A stretch of DNA of 64,000 bases, from NCBI GenBank assembly GCA_965208835.1, contig OZ242358.1, forward strand, positions 1,376,001 to 1,440,000, read 5' to 3'. Shown in pieces: positions 10,039 through 18,899 of this stretch (position 1 is the first letter of the stretch; the number at the start of each line of letters is the position of its first letter). The notes under the pieces are model-generated. The model saw only the letters and a list, made by a program, of their open reading frames with translations, did no database searches and had not been told where the DNA came from. The translations under genes were made by a program, and so were the position numbers. This stretch comes from Candidatus Latescibacterota bacterium. GTDB lineage: Bacteria > Latescibacterota > UBA2968 > GCA-2709665.

Positions 10039-11886
10039 ATGCCTGACTGGGGAGCAGCAACGGTTGCCGTAGCGGTTGTCCTGGTGTTTGCGCACCTGTC
10101 GAACCGGAGGCGATCCGGAAACGAACCGGATGATTTCTTCGATCATTCGGAAGGAGAACGGTTCCCCCACAAGTGGGGGTACACGGATACGCGCTTCGAG
10201 TTTGTAGACGATCGGACGGTGAAGGTAACCGGGAGCAGGTACCCGATTTCGGGGTATCGGATGCCGTTTCTGCTGGACTTTGTGGAGGACGTGTTGGGGA
10301 TTACAATCCGACGGGAAGACTCGTACGCGGAACGCGAGGACGTCGATGCGCCCGAGCCGAATCTCGACGCCGCGTTCGGCAACGCGCTGAAAGAACGGTT
10401 TGGAGACGGGCAGGTTTCATTCGATTCCAAAACCAGGCTCGTGCACAGCCACGGGCAGCTGAGCGTTGAAGAAGTGTACCGGGTGATGTACGGGGATTCA
10501 CTGTCCAGGCTGGTCGATCTGGTGTTCTATCCGGAGGAAGAGGCCGATGTAAAGGCCATGATCGACCTGGCTAACGAGCACGACGTCTGCCTGGTGCCCT
10601 ACGGCGGAGGGACGAATGTGAGCGGGGCGCTGGCGTGTCCGCCCGACGAGCGGCGCACGATTGTGTCCGTGGATATGCGGCGGATGGACCGGGTTCTCTG
10701 GATCGACGAGGGGAATCTGCAGGCGTGCGTCGAAGCGGGCATTTCCGGAAAGTCGCTGGAGCGGGTATTGGGGGAGCGGGGGTATACGTCGGGGCACGAT
10801 CCCGACAGCGTGGAACTCTCCACGATGGGCGGGTGGATCTCAACCAACGCGAGCGGGATGAAGAAGAACCGTTACGGTAATATAGAGGATATTGTACTCG
10901 AGGCGACGCTGGTAACGCCCACCGGGGAGATTGCGACCCGCGTGGTGACGCCGAGGAATTCCACGGGCGTTCAGCCCAGGGGCCTGCTGTTCGGCAGCGA
11001 AGGCAATTTCGGTATTATCACTACGGCGGTGATCAAGATTCATCCGATCCCGGAGGCGCGCAGGTACGGAGCACTTGTGTTTCCGGCATTCGAGAAGGGC
11101 GTCGCGTACCTGAAGGCGCTACGGCAGACCGGGATGCTGCCCGCGAGCATCCGCCTGGTCAACAATAATGAGTTCCGGTTCGGCCAGGCCCTGAAACCGG
11201 CGCCGAAATTCCTGAAGGGCGTCAAGGAACGGCTTCAGAAGTTCGTCCTGTTGAAGGTGCTGGGTTTCGATCCGATGAAGATGGCGGCATGCACCATCGT
11301 GATGGAGGGCACGAACGACGAGGTCGGCCAGCAGGAACGCACGATCTTCAGCCTGGCGAAGGAGTACGGCGCCAAGAGCGCGGGCGCGAGCAACGGCAAG
11401 CGAGGATACTCGCTTACGTTCGGCATCGCCTATATACGAGACTTTCTGAACCAGTACGGCATTCTGGGCGAAACCTTTGAGACGTCGGTGCCGTGGGACC
11501 GGATTCACCAGGTGTGCGATGCGGTTTCCGGCGAACTGGTCGCCCAGGCCGGCAGACACGACGTCCCGGGCAAGCCCTATCTGTCGTACAGGGTAACGCA
11601 GACCTATCATACCGGCGTCTGTATCTATTTCACCATGGGCATCTACGGCAAGGGCCTGGAACAGCCCGGCCGGACGTTTCACGCGATCGAACACCAGCTG
11701 CGGCAGGTTATCCTGGACAACGGGGGGTCGCTGTCGCACCACCACGGCGTTGGCAAGGTGAGAAGGGATTTCCTCCCGCAGATCCAGACCGATAACAGCA
11801 TGCAGGTTATGCGCCAGGCGAAAAACGCGATGGATCCGAACAACATCTTCGGGATCCGGAATGGCGTGTTTGGCAATTCGGGCTAA
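10039..11886 (+). CDS. agpS: Alkyldihydroxyacetonephosphate synthase (VAO-type FAD enzyme)
   Basis: VPYGGGTNVS, GHDPDSVELSTMGGWISTNASGMKKNRYGNIED, ETFETSVPW, RVTQTYHTGVCIYF and GGSLSHHHGVGK closely follow eukaryotic AGPS motifs as recalled. Confidence 0.92.
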   Translation: MPDWGAATVAVAVVLVFAHLSNRRRSGNEPDDFFDHSEGERFPHKWGYTDTRFEFVDDRTVKVTGSRYPISGYRMPFLLDFVEDVLGITIRREDSYAEREDVDAPEPNLDAAFGNALKERFGDGQVSFDSKTRLVHSHGQLSVEEVYRVMYGDSLSRLVDLVFYPEEEADVKAMIDLANEHDVCLVPYGGGTNVSGALACPPDERRTIVSVDMRRMDRVLWIDEGNLQACVEAGISGKSLERVLGERGYTSGHDPDSVELSTMGGWISTNASGMKKNRYGNIEDIVLEATLVTPTGEIATRVVTPRNSTGVQPRGLLFGSEGNFGIITTAVIKIHPIPEARRYGALVFPAFEKGVAYLKALRQTGMLPASIRLVNNNEFRFGQALKPAPKFLKGVKERLQKFVLLKVLGFDPMKMAACTIVMEGTNDEVGQQERTIFSLAKEYGAKSAGASNGKRGYSLTFGIAYIRDFLNQYGILGETFETSVPWDRIHQVCDAVSGELVAQAGRHDVPGKPYLSYRVTQTYHTGVCIYFTMGIYGKGLEQPGRTFHAIEHQLRQVILDNGGSLSHHHGVGKVRRDFLPQIQTDNSMQVMRQAKNAMDPNNIFGIRNGVFGNSG

Positions 11887-11900
11887 TCTGTTGTTCTCGC

Positions 11901-11934
11901 GACGTACGGGCGACGCATGCGTCGCCCGTACGTC
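11901..11934. repeat. Perfect 34-bp REP-like palindrome
   Basis: GACGTACGGGCGACGCATGCGTCGCCCGTACGTC equals its own reverse complement. Confidence 0.9.
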
Positions 11935-11952
11935 TGTAGATCGGGTTTCCTA

Positions 11953-12762
11953 ATGTTCAACGGAAAGATCGTCGCGATAACCGGCGCTTCATCGGGCCTT
12001 GGGGCAACACTGGCGCTGGCGTTCGCGGATGCGGGCGCGGACGTTGCGCTGTTCGCCCTGGACGAGGGGGTACAGGATACCGCGGAAGCGTGTCGAGAGC
12101 GGGGCAGCCGCGCCATTACGGCCACGGGCGACGTGGGAAAACCCGATGACTGCGAGGCATGGATCGACGCGGCGGTTTCCGAGTTCGGGGCCGTGGACTA
12201 CCTGGTAGCCTGCGCAGGGATCAGCATGTGGGCGCGGTTTGACGAGGTGGAGGACGTGGCGATTTTCCGCAAGTTGATGGAAACGAACTACCTGGGCATT
12301 GTACACTGCGTGTATTATGCGCTCCCCCATCTGAAGGCGCGTGACGGGATGGTGGTGGCGATTTCTTCCATCCAGGGAAAGATCGGCGTACCCCTGCATA
12401 CAGGGTACGTGGCGTCCAAGCACGCGGTGCAGGGATTCTTCGAGTCTCTGCGGACGGAGTTGCTGGACACCGGCGTGGACGTGCTGACGGTACTGCCCCA
12501 CTGGCTGCGGGGCACGAATCTGCGCAAAGCGGCCTTCGGCAGGGACGGCGGTTCTCTTGGCGGGTCCAGCCGCAAGCACAGCAAAGAGTCCATTTCTCTG
12601 GACGACGCGAGCGAGGCCATCATCGAAGCGATGAAGAAACGAAAACGCGAGTTGATCATTCCGTTCAAGCTCCGATTCCTGCCCTGGCTGCATCTGATCA
12701 ATCCTAAAATTGTCGAATACCTGGTCACGCGCGGGGTGTCGAAGCAGGAGAAGGGGGAGTAG
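11953..12762 (+). CDS. SDR oxidoreductase, DHRS7B-like (candidate acyl/alkyl-DHAP reductase)
   Basis: TGASSGLG, METNYLG, VAISSIQGK, YVASKHA (YxxxK), FFESLRTE. Confidence 0.85.
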   Translation: MFNGKIVAITGASSGLGATLALAFADAGADVALFALDEGVQDTAEACRERGSRAITATGDVGKPDDCEAWIDAAVSEFGAVDYLVACAGISMWARFDEVEDVAIFRKLMETNYLGIVHCVYYALPHLKARDGMVVAISSIQGKIGVPLHTGYVASKHAVQGFFESLRTELLDTGVDVLTVLPHWLRGTNLRKAAFGRDGGSLGGSSRKHSKESISLDDASEAIIEAMKKRKRELIIPFKLRFLPWLHLINPKIVEYLVTRGVSKQEKGE

Positions 12763-12805
12763 CGGGTATGGCCGGCGGACCGGAGGCAGAAGCGCGGGGA
12801 AGGAT

Positions 12806-13495
12806 TCAGAAGAAGACGCCGTCCAGGTCCACGTGTTGTTCAATGAGGCCGGGCAGGCATCCGGTGTCTCCGGCGTCCACGTCCACGCCGGGATCGTAGG
12901 GCACGGTGCCCAGGGAGCGGACGCCGGACAGTCGGGAAATCACTTCCGGGCTGGTGCGGGCGGCACGCGGATCTCCGGTGCCGGTGGTGTTGTAGACGAC
13001 GCCGATGACCTCCTGATTGCGTCTGTCCGCCGCTTCGAGCGTCAGCATCGTGTGGTTGATCGTGCCCAGCGCGGCGCGGGCGACCACCAGCAGCGGCAGG
13101 TCCAGGCGGCGGGCAAGGTCCGCGACCAGGAAGTCGTCCCGGATGGGTACCAGCAGGCCGCCCACACCCTCCACCAGGACGATATCGTGAAGGCGTGTCA
13201 AGCGGCTGTAGGCATCGTCGATGGGTTCCAGCGGAATCTGGCGGCCTTCCAGTTCGGCCGCTACGTTGGGCGACAACGGCGCTTCGAGGCGGACGGGATT
13301 GACGAGTTCGAGAGCATCGGTGACGCCGGCTGCCTCTGACAGAAGCCGCGCGTCGGCCGTTCCGCCCGAGGAGACGGGCTTGAAGACGCCCACGTCGACG
13401 CCGCGTCCCCGCAATAATGCCGCGATCCCGGCGGTAACGGTTGTTTTGCCCGCGCCGGTGTCCGTGGCGGTAACGAAGACTCCCCTGAATCTCAT
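12806..13495 (-). CDS. bioD: Dethiobiotin synthase
   Basis: FVTATDTGAGKT, FKPVSSG, VEGVGG, LGTINHTMLT. Confidence 0.97.
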   Translation of the reverse strand: MRFRGVFVTATDTGAGKTTVTAGIAALLRGRGVDVGVFKPVSSGGTADARLLSEAAGVTDALELVNPVRLEAPLSPNVAAELEGRQIPLEPIDDAYSRLTRLHDIVLVEGVGGLLVPIRDDFLVADLARRLDLPLLVVARAALGTINHTMLTLEAADRRNQEVIGVVYNTTGTGDPRAARTSPEVISRLSGVRSLGTVPYDPGVDVDAGDTGCLPGLIEQHVDLDGVFF

Positions 13496-13609
13496 AGTGG
13501 TTAGTTTTCCGTCAAGTCGGACGAGTCCGGCCGGGAATGTCGTGATTACGCATCAGGCCGCCGTCAGGCGACCTTTCAACAATGGCGCGCGGGCGGGACC
13601 CGGCTGCGG

Positions 13610-14977
13610 TTACGCCTGATTCGTCACGACGCTGATGGACTCGTAGACGATGTCCAGCAGCTTTTCGAGTTCGCGGTCGGAAATGGACAGCGGCGGCATG
13701 AGGACAATGGTGTCGCCCAGAGGCCGAATGAGAAGACCCCGTTTTCGGGCTTCGCCGCAGACGCGGGCGCCGGTCCTGTCTTCGGGGGGATACGGTCGGC
13801 CGCCGGATCTGTCGGCAATCAGTTCGACTCCGGAGATGAAGCCGCACTGGCGAACGTCTTTTACGTGGGCCAGGGTCCTGAAGCGTCCGAGTCCTTGCGT
13901 GAGAAGATTGATTTTCGGGCGCAGTGACGCCAGAACGTTATGGGTTTCGAAGTGCCGGATGGCGGCCAGCGCCGCCGCGCATCCGAGCGGATTGCCGGTG
14001 TACGTGTGGCCGTGAAAAAACGTCCGGCCTTCGTTGTCTTCGCCCAGAAAGGCATCGAAGATTTCACCGGTGGTGAGTGTGGCGGCTACGGGCAGGTAAC
14101 CTCCCGTGATGCCCTTGCCCAGGCAGAGAATATCCGGCGCGACGTCTTCTTTCTCACATGCGAACATGGTGCCGGTGCGGCCGAAGCCGGTGGCGATTTC
14201 ATCGGCGATGAGCAGGACGTCGTGGTCCCTGCAGAGGTCGGCGATGCCCTTAAGATAGCCTTCCGGATGAACCAGAATCCCGCCCGCGCCCTGGATGAGC
14301 GGCTCGACGATGAAGGCGGCGATGCGGTGGGCCTCCCGTTTGAGGATATCCTCGACCGCGCGCAGACTGCCTCGGTCGCGTTCATTTCGGCGGGCACCGT
14401 GCGTGCGGCGAAATTCATGGGGCGACGGGGCGGTCAGCGACGGAAAGAGGAGCGGGCCGTACGCCTCGTGGAAGAGGCTGATGTTTCCCACGCTCATCGC
14501 GCCGATGGTGTCGCCGTGATAGCTCTTCTCAAGGCTGAGAAAACTCGTCTTCTCCTGTTTCGGATCCGGCTTCTGACGCCAGTACTGGAAGGCGATTTTG
14601 AGGGCGATTTCCACGGCGCACGCGCCGGTGTCCGAGTAGAACACGTGGTCGAGTCCCCGGGGTGTGATTTCCACGAGTTTTTCGGCCAGCCGGATCGCGG
14701 GTATGTTTGAAAGACCCAACAGGGTGCTGTGCGCGACCTGATCCAGTTGTCCGCGAACGGCGTCGTCGATTTCCTTGACGCGGTGACCGTGTACGTTGCA
14801 CCACATCGAGGAGTAGCCGTCGAGGTACCGGTTGCCGTCGATATCCTCCAGATAGACGCCGTCGGCGCGCGCGATGATAATGGGATCCTCGCCCGCGTAG
14901 GTGAGCATCTGCGTGAACGGGTGCCACACCAGACGGCGGTCCAGGTCTTTGAGGCGGGCCTTGTCTTCCGGGGACAT
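13610..14977 (-). CDS. bioA: Adenosylmethionine-8-amino-7-oxononanoate aminotransferase
   Basis: WHPFTQM, SSMWCNVHGH, YHGDTIGAMSV, DEIATGFGRTG, GKGITGGYLP, FFHGHTYTGNP. Confidence 0.97.
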   Translation of the reverse strand: MSPEDKARLKDLDRRLVWHPFTQMLTYAGEDPIIIARADGVYLEDIDGNRYLDGYSSMWCNVHGHRVKEIDDAVRGQLDQVAHSTLLGLSNIPAIRLAEKLVEITPRGLDHVFYSDTGACAVEIALKIAFQYWRQKPDPKQEKTSFLSLEKSYHGDTIGAMSVGNISLFHEAYGPLLFPSLTAPSPHEFRRTHGARRNERDRGSLRAVEDILKREAHRIAAFIVEPLIQGAGGILVHPEGYLKGIADLCRDHDVLLIADEIATGFGRTGTMFACEKEDVAPDILCLGKGITGGYLPVAATLTTGEIFDAFLGEDNEGRTFFHGHTYTGNPLGCAAALAAIRHFETHNVLASLRPKINLLTQGLGRFRTLAHVKDVRQCGFISGVELIADRSGGRPYPPEDRTGARVCGEARKRGLLIRPLGDTIVLMPPLSISDRELEKLLDIVYESISVVTNQA

Positions 14978-15166
14978 AATAGCGCGAATGGAAAGGTGGG
15001 AAGGTATGCAGCGGGTGAATCTGTATTCCGGACGTTTGCCAGTGGCTCCGGGCGTCGGATTGCCGCCGTAACTATCTCAATGGCAACATGCGCCGGGGAC
15101 CTGCACGGTCGGCTCCCGTGGCAGTGCGCCGGGGTTCTCCTCCGATCCGAATTCCCCTGTGTGCGG

Positions 15167-16102
15167 TTATTGCCTGCTTGCGCCGATGCTTTCGAGGATG
15201 TCGACGGGCATTTTGCAAACCATGGTGTACGCGGGGTCGTAGACGTTGCCCACGTCGTATTCCACCGCCTGGCCCATGAGGATGTGAATCGATCGGGTAT
15301 CCAGGCCGTAGTCTTCCTGGAGCAAACGGATCAGCTCGGTGGTGGCGTGCTGCGTTGCCTGGTCCAGAGGGCGGGCGTTGCCCACCGCCATCACGTGGGT
15401 CTCGTTGATCGCACGCGGCCAGTTGATGGTTTTTCCCTTCAACAGGCGCAGCGTGAAGGTGACGTCGAAGGAGATTTCGATGCCGGTGCCCGCGATTTCA
15501 CCGTCGCCCTGCACGGCGTGGCCGTCGCCGATATGGAACAGTCCGCCTTCGACGAAAACGGGGAAATACACGGTTACGCCCTGGACGAATTCCCTGTAGT
15601 CCATGTTGCCGCCGTGTGTATCGGATGTGGCGGTGGAGATCGCCTGGCCGCGGGGCGGCGCCACCCCGAAGCAGCCGACCATGGGTTTCAGGGGAATCCG
15701 GAGCCTGCCGATGGGGAGGTGATCGAAGCCGACGGGCGTGGCCGTGTTGTTTTCGAAGTCGATTTCCCAATCCAGGAGGCGGTCGAGGTTGTCGTCGAAT
15801 TCCGGCGTGTACCCGAAATCCAGCACGTTGGCGGCCACAACGCCCGACGTGTACCCGATCTTGCGGTTGGGCGCCAGTTTGTCGAAGGTTACGGCCAGCG
15901 TATCGCCCGGTTCGGCCCCCTCCAGGTAGAAAGGTCCGGTCTGGGGATTGCCGGCAGGTGTAATAGGCTTGCCCGTGGCGTCGCTTCCGCCGGCATCCAC
16001 GGTGGTGGTTGTGATGGTGTCGCCGCTGGCGACGCTAAGCACCGGGTCATGCGCGCCAATGGCCGTGTGGTAGGTTTTGGGGTCGAAGTGATGGTGAGCC
16101 AT
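15167..16102 (-). CDS. Acetamidase/formamidase family protein
   Basis: NPQTGPFYLEGAEPGDTL, GGNMD, GDGHAVQGDGEI; AGAGGAG RBS before ATG 16102. Confidence 0.93.
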   Translation of the reverse strand: MAHHHFDPKTYHTAIGAHDPVLSVASGDTITTTTVDAGGSDATGKPITPAGNPQTGPFYLEGAEPGDTLAVTFDKLAPNRKIGYTSGVVAANVLDFGYTPEFDDNLDRLLDWEIDFENNTATPVGFDHLPIGRLRIPLKPMVGCFGVAPPRGQAISTATSDTHGGNMDYREFVQGVTVYFPVFVEGGLFHIGDGHAVQGDGEIAGTGIEISFDVTFTLRLLKGKTINWPRAINETHVMAVGNARPLDQATQHATTELIRLLQEDYGLDTRSIHILMGQAVEYDVGNVYDPAYTMVCKMPVDILESIGASRQ

Positions 16103-16194
16103 GGATACTCCTCTTATAGAAAGTGCGGGAGCGACTGCCGGGCGGTCGGATGAAGGGAGGCCTCCCCGAATGACGCCCTGCGCCGGCGGACTGG

Positions 16195-17118
16195 TTACTG
16201 TTGCACCGCAATCATACGGATGTTTGAAGGCGCCCGCCACGTGGATACCCACGTGAGGCCCCGGTCCTGGCTGCGGTAAAGACAGTCGTCTGCGACCGAC
16301 CAGGCGCGGCCGTCGGGCGTAAAGCCGATGTGAAAGGTGTCGATGTTGCCCGTTGTGGTTCCAGGGAAGCCGTCTGAGACGTGTGACCAGGAAAGGCCGG
16401 CGTCATCGGTCCGGTAGAGCTGTCCCTTCGCATCGCCGTGGGGCCCGGTGCTGACCGACGCGAGCAGGCAGTCCGGTTCATCCGGGTGAACGGCGATGGC
16501 CCGGCCGTAATAGTATGGAAAACCGTCTGAGCGGTGTTGCCAGGACTCGCCCCTGTCGTTGCTGAGATACACGGCGCGTGCCGTGTTCGCGTAGACCCGG
16601 TCATCTTCCCGGGGCGAGGTGGCCACCTGGTGGACGTCCATGTGCAGCTCCGGGGTAACGGGTTCCCAGTTGCGGCCGTGGTCGGGCGACCGCATGATGC
16701 TGCCCACGTGGATGTCGGCGTACACCCAGCCGTCCCGTGTGCGCGCCATGCTCCGGACGGCCGCGGGTCCACCCCAGGGGGTGTACCAATCCGCGCGGCA
16801 TTCCAGCGCGTCGAAAGACTCCAGGCACTCGGTCTCGCCGTCCGTCACGGCATAGACGTGGGGGGCCTCCACGCCGACGAGGAAGCGCAGCGGATCTTCA
16901 TCCAGGATGAGAAGGCACTCAATGGGTTCCTCGATTCCCGTGCCGAGGGTTCTGGCGCCATTACGCGAAAGGACCGCGACTGCCCCGCCCTGCAGTGCGG
17001 CGAGGCGGATGGATCCCCCTTCCGCAATCGCCTGGACTTCACCGTCTTCGAGGACGTTTCGCGGTGAGGTCGGGTCGCCATTCAGGGCGTATACCGTGTC
17101 TCGGGTCGCAATAAGCAT
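16195..17118 (-). CDS. BNR/Asp-box beta-propeller protein
   Basis: Repeated S/T-x-D-x-G-x-x-W boxes (SPDHGRNW, SNDRGESW, TDDAGLSW, SQDRGLTW); GAGGAG RBS. Confidence 0.85.
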   Translation of the reverse strand: MLIATRDTVYALNGDPTSPRNVLEDGEVQAIAEGGSIRLAALQGGAVAVLSRNGARTLGTGIEEPIECLLILDEDPLRFLVGVEAPHVYAVTDGETECLESFDALECRADWYTPWGGPAAVRSMARTRDGWVYADIHVGSIMRSPDHGRNWEPVTPELHMDVHQVATSPREDDRVYANTARAVYLSNDRGESWQHRSDGFPYYYGRAIAVHPDEPDCLLASVSTGPHGDAKGQLYRTDDAGLSWSHVSDGFPGTTTGNIDTFHIGFTPDGRAWSVADDCLYRSQDRGLTWVSTWRAPSNIRMIAVQQ

Positions 17119-17130
17119 ATCGACTCCTCT

Positions 17131-17385
17131 CAAAGACAACAGTCAAATTGGCCACAAAGAGCCTGAATGCGGGTAGAGGCGAGAAAATCCGGTAGACGCA
17201 AGACGTAAGACGGTAGATGAAATCCTTGCCAGATGAGATATTCCTCATTGCCTTTGGCACGAGAAGAATCGTCACAAGGCAGGTAATTTCTCCCGTCTAC
17301 CGTCTCCCCTCTCACCCGGTGGTGCGGTGTGGTGTGGTCCTCTACCCTCTCCCGTCTTACGTCTCACCCGGTGGTAGGGCGGCCG
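17131..17385 (-). repeat. Dispersed repeat family A, copy 3
   Basis: Reverse complement carries the family A core and heptamer arms; shares a ~40-nt tail with copy 5. Confidence 0.88.
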
Positions 17386-17396
17386 AGGGGACAGGG

Positions 17397-18461
17397 TTAG
17401 AAGTAGCGAATATTCAGGCCGCCGTCCGCCAACGGGAGATCGACCGCACGGTGTTCGGCGGCGGCGCGGTTCCATGCCAGGCAGAGTTCCAGCACGTTTC
17501 GCGCGTGTTGCGGCGTGACGTCAAGCGGATGGCCCTCACGGACGCTGCGGACAAAACGTCCCACCGCGGCGTCGATCGTGTCGTTCTGCGCGCGGTAGAA
17601 AACGCGCGGAGCGCCCCCGTCGTCCTTGTGCCAGACGATGCCTTCCATGACATCCAGATGCGCCCGGGCGATACCCTCGGTGCCCACGACTTCCATTTCC
17701 CAGGCCGGGGCGCCGCAATTGACGTTGAAGATGATGTCCATGGACCCCATACGGCCGTCTTCGAACCGGACGGTGCCCTTGCCGGAATCCATCCAGATGC
17801 TGTGCGGCGTGGCCAGGTTGTCGTACTCCGCAAAGGCGCGGACCGCGGGTGAATCGATGAGCCAGAGCAGCAGGTCCGCGGCGTAGACGCCCAGCGAAAG
17901 CCCAATGCCGCCCTGGCCGGGGCCGAATTCACCGCTTCCGTCAAAAACCGTTCCCGGGCCGAAACAGCCGTGCTGAATCCACGCCCTGGACGTGATGACG
18001 CGTCCGACCGCCCCGTTTTGCACCCGGGTTCCCATCGCGCGGATGGCGCCGTCTTCCCGTCCGGGCAGCAGGGCGGACAGCAGTACGTCGTTGCGGCGGG
18101 ATGCGTCGATCATCAGGTCGGCGCCCGCCAGGCTCATACACATGGGCTTGCTGATAAATGCGTGAGCGCCCGCGTCCATCGCGCCGGCCGCCTGCTGCGG
18201 TTTCTGGTCATCCGGACATGTGATGAAGACGAGGTCGAGGGACTCGGCGTGGACCATCTCCGGCACCGCGGCGTATGCCCGGATGCCGTGTTGGACGCCG
18301 AATGCCTCCCTGGACTGCATGCCGAGTCTGCCGAGGGTTTCGTCGCTCTGATCCAGATGTGCGTACGCCGCCAGTTCGATGTCCGGGTTACGTGTCGCGG
18401 ACCGGGCAAACGCATTGGAATAGTACGATCCGATGCCGCACACGCCCGCTTTCAGCGCCAT
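17397..18461 (-). CDS. Gfo/Idh/MocA family oxidoreductase
   Basis: N-terminal GVCGIG Rossmann motif, HAFISKPM (variant of EKP), typical C-terminal domain. Confidence 0.88.
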   Translation of the reverse strand: MALKAGVCGIGSYYSNAFARSATRNPDIELAAYAHLDQSDETLGRLGMQSREAFGVQHGIRAYAAVPEMVHAESLDLVFITCPDDQKPQQAAGAMDAGAHAFISKPMCMSLAGADLMIDASRRNDVLLSALLPGREDGAIRAMGTRVQNGAVGRVITSRAWIQHGCFGPGTVFDGSGEFGPGQGGIGLSLGVYAADLLLWLIDSPAVRAFAEYDNLATPHSIWMDSGKGTVRFEDGRMGSMDIIFNVNCGAPAWEMEVVGTEGIARAHLDVMEGIVWHKDDGGAPRVFYRAQNDTIDAAVGRFVRSVREGHPLDVTPQHARNVLELCLAWNRAAAEHRAVDLPLADGGLNIRYF

Positions 18462-18695
18462 GGTTTCAGTTCCCACGTGACTGGTGACGAACGAAATGGG
18501 CCCGCGGGATCGTCGCTCCGAAAATCCGGTATCCGGCGCGCCCCGGCATGCTGTTCACGGGTGGATATTTATGGCAATATCAGTGTCATTGTCAAGCGCA
18601 ATCGTTCGCGGAGCCGGTTTGGACGGGGTGCCGGTTGGGGCTGGAGTGTCGCGTCGATTGACGCGCAGATTGACGGACATACGTCCAAAGCGAAT

Positions 18696-18886
18696 GGAAG
18701 TTGTTTTAAAATTCCTGGTGAGTTCCCGAGCGCGGGCGAAAAAGTGGCGGTCAAGGCGGGAAAATCCGCCTATGAGAGGCGAGCAAGCGCAGCCTCGATC
18801 TCGTAGGACGGGTGGGTTTGACCAACGCCGACCGGCGCTTTTGCAGCCGCGCGAAGACCGCCGGGGATTTTAAGACAGCTTCTTAG
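18696..18886 (+). mobile_element. MITE-like element, family B copy 1 (~190 bp)
   Basis: Terminal inverted repeats GGAAGTTGTTTTAAAAT / ATTTTAAGACAGCTTC; close copy at 45215-45404. Confidence 0.85.
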
Positions 18887-18899
18887 ATCGGGAGGCTGA

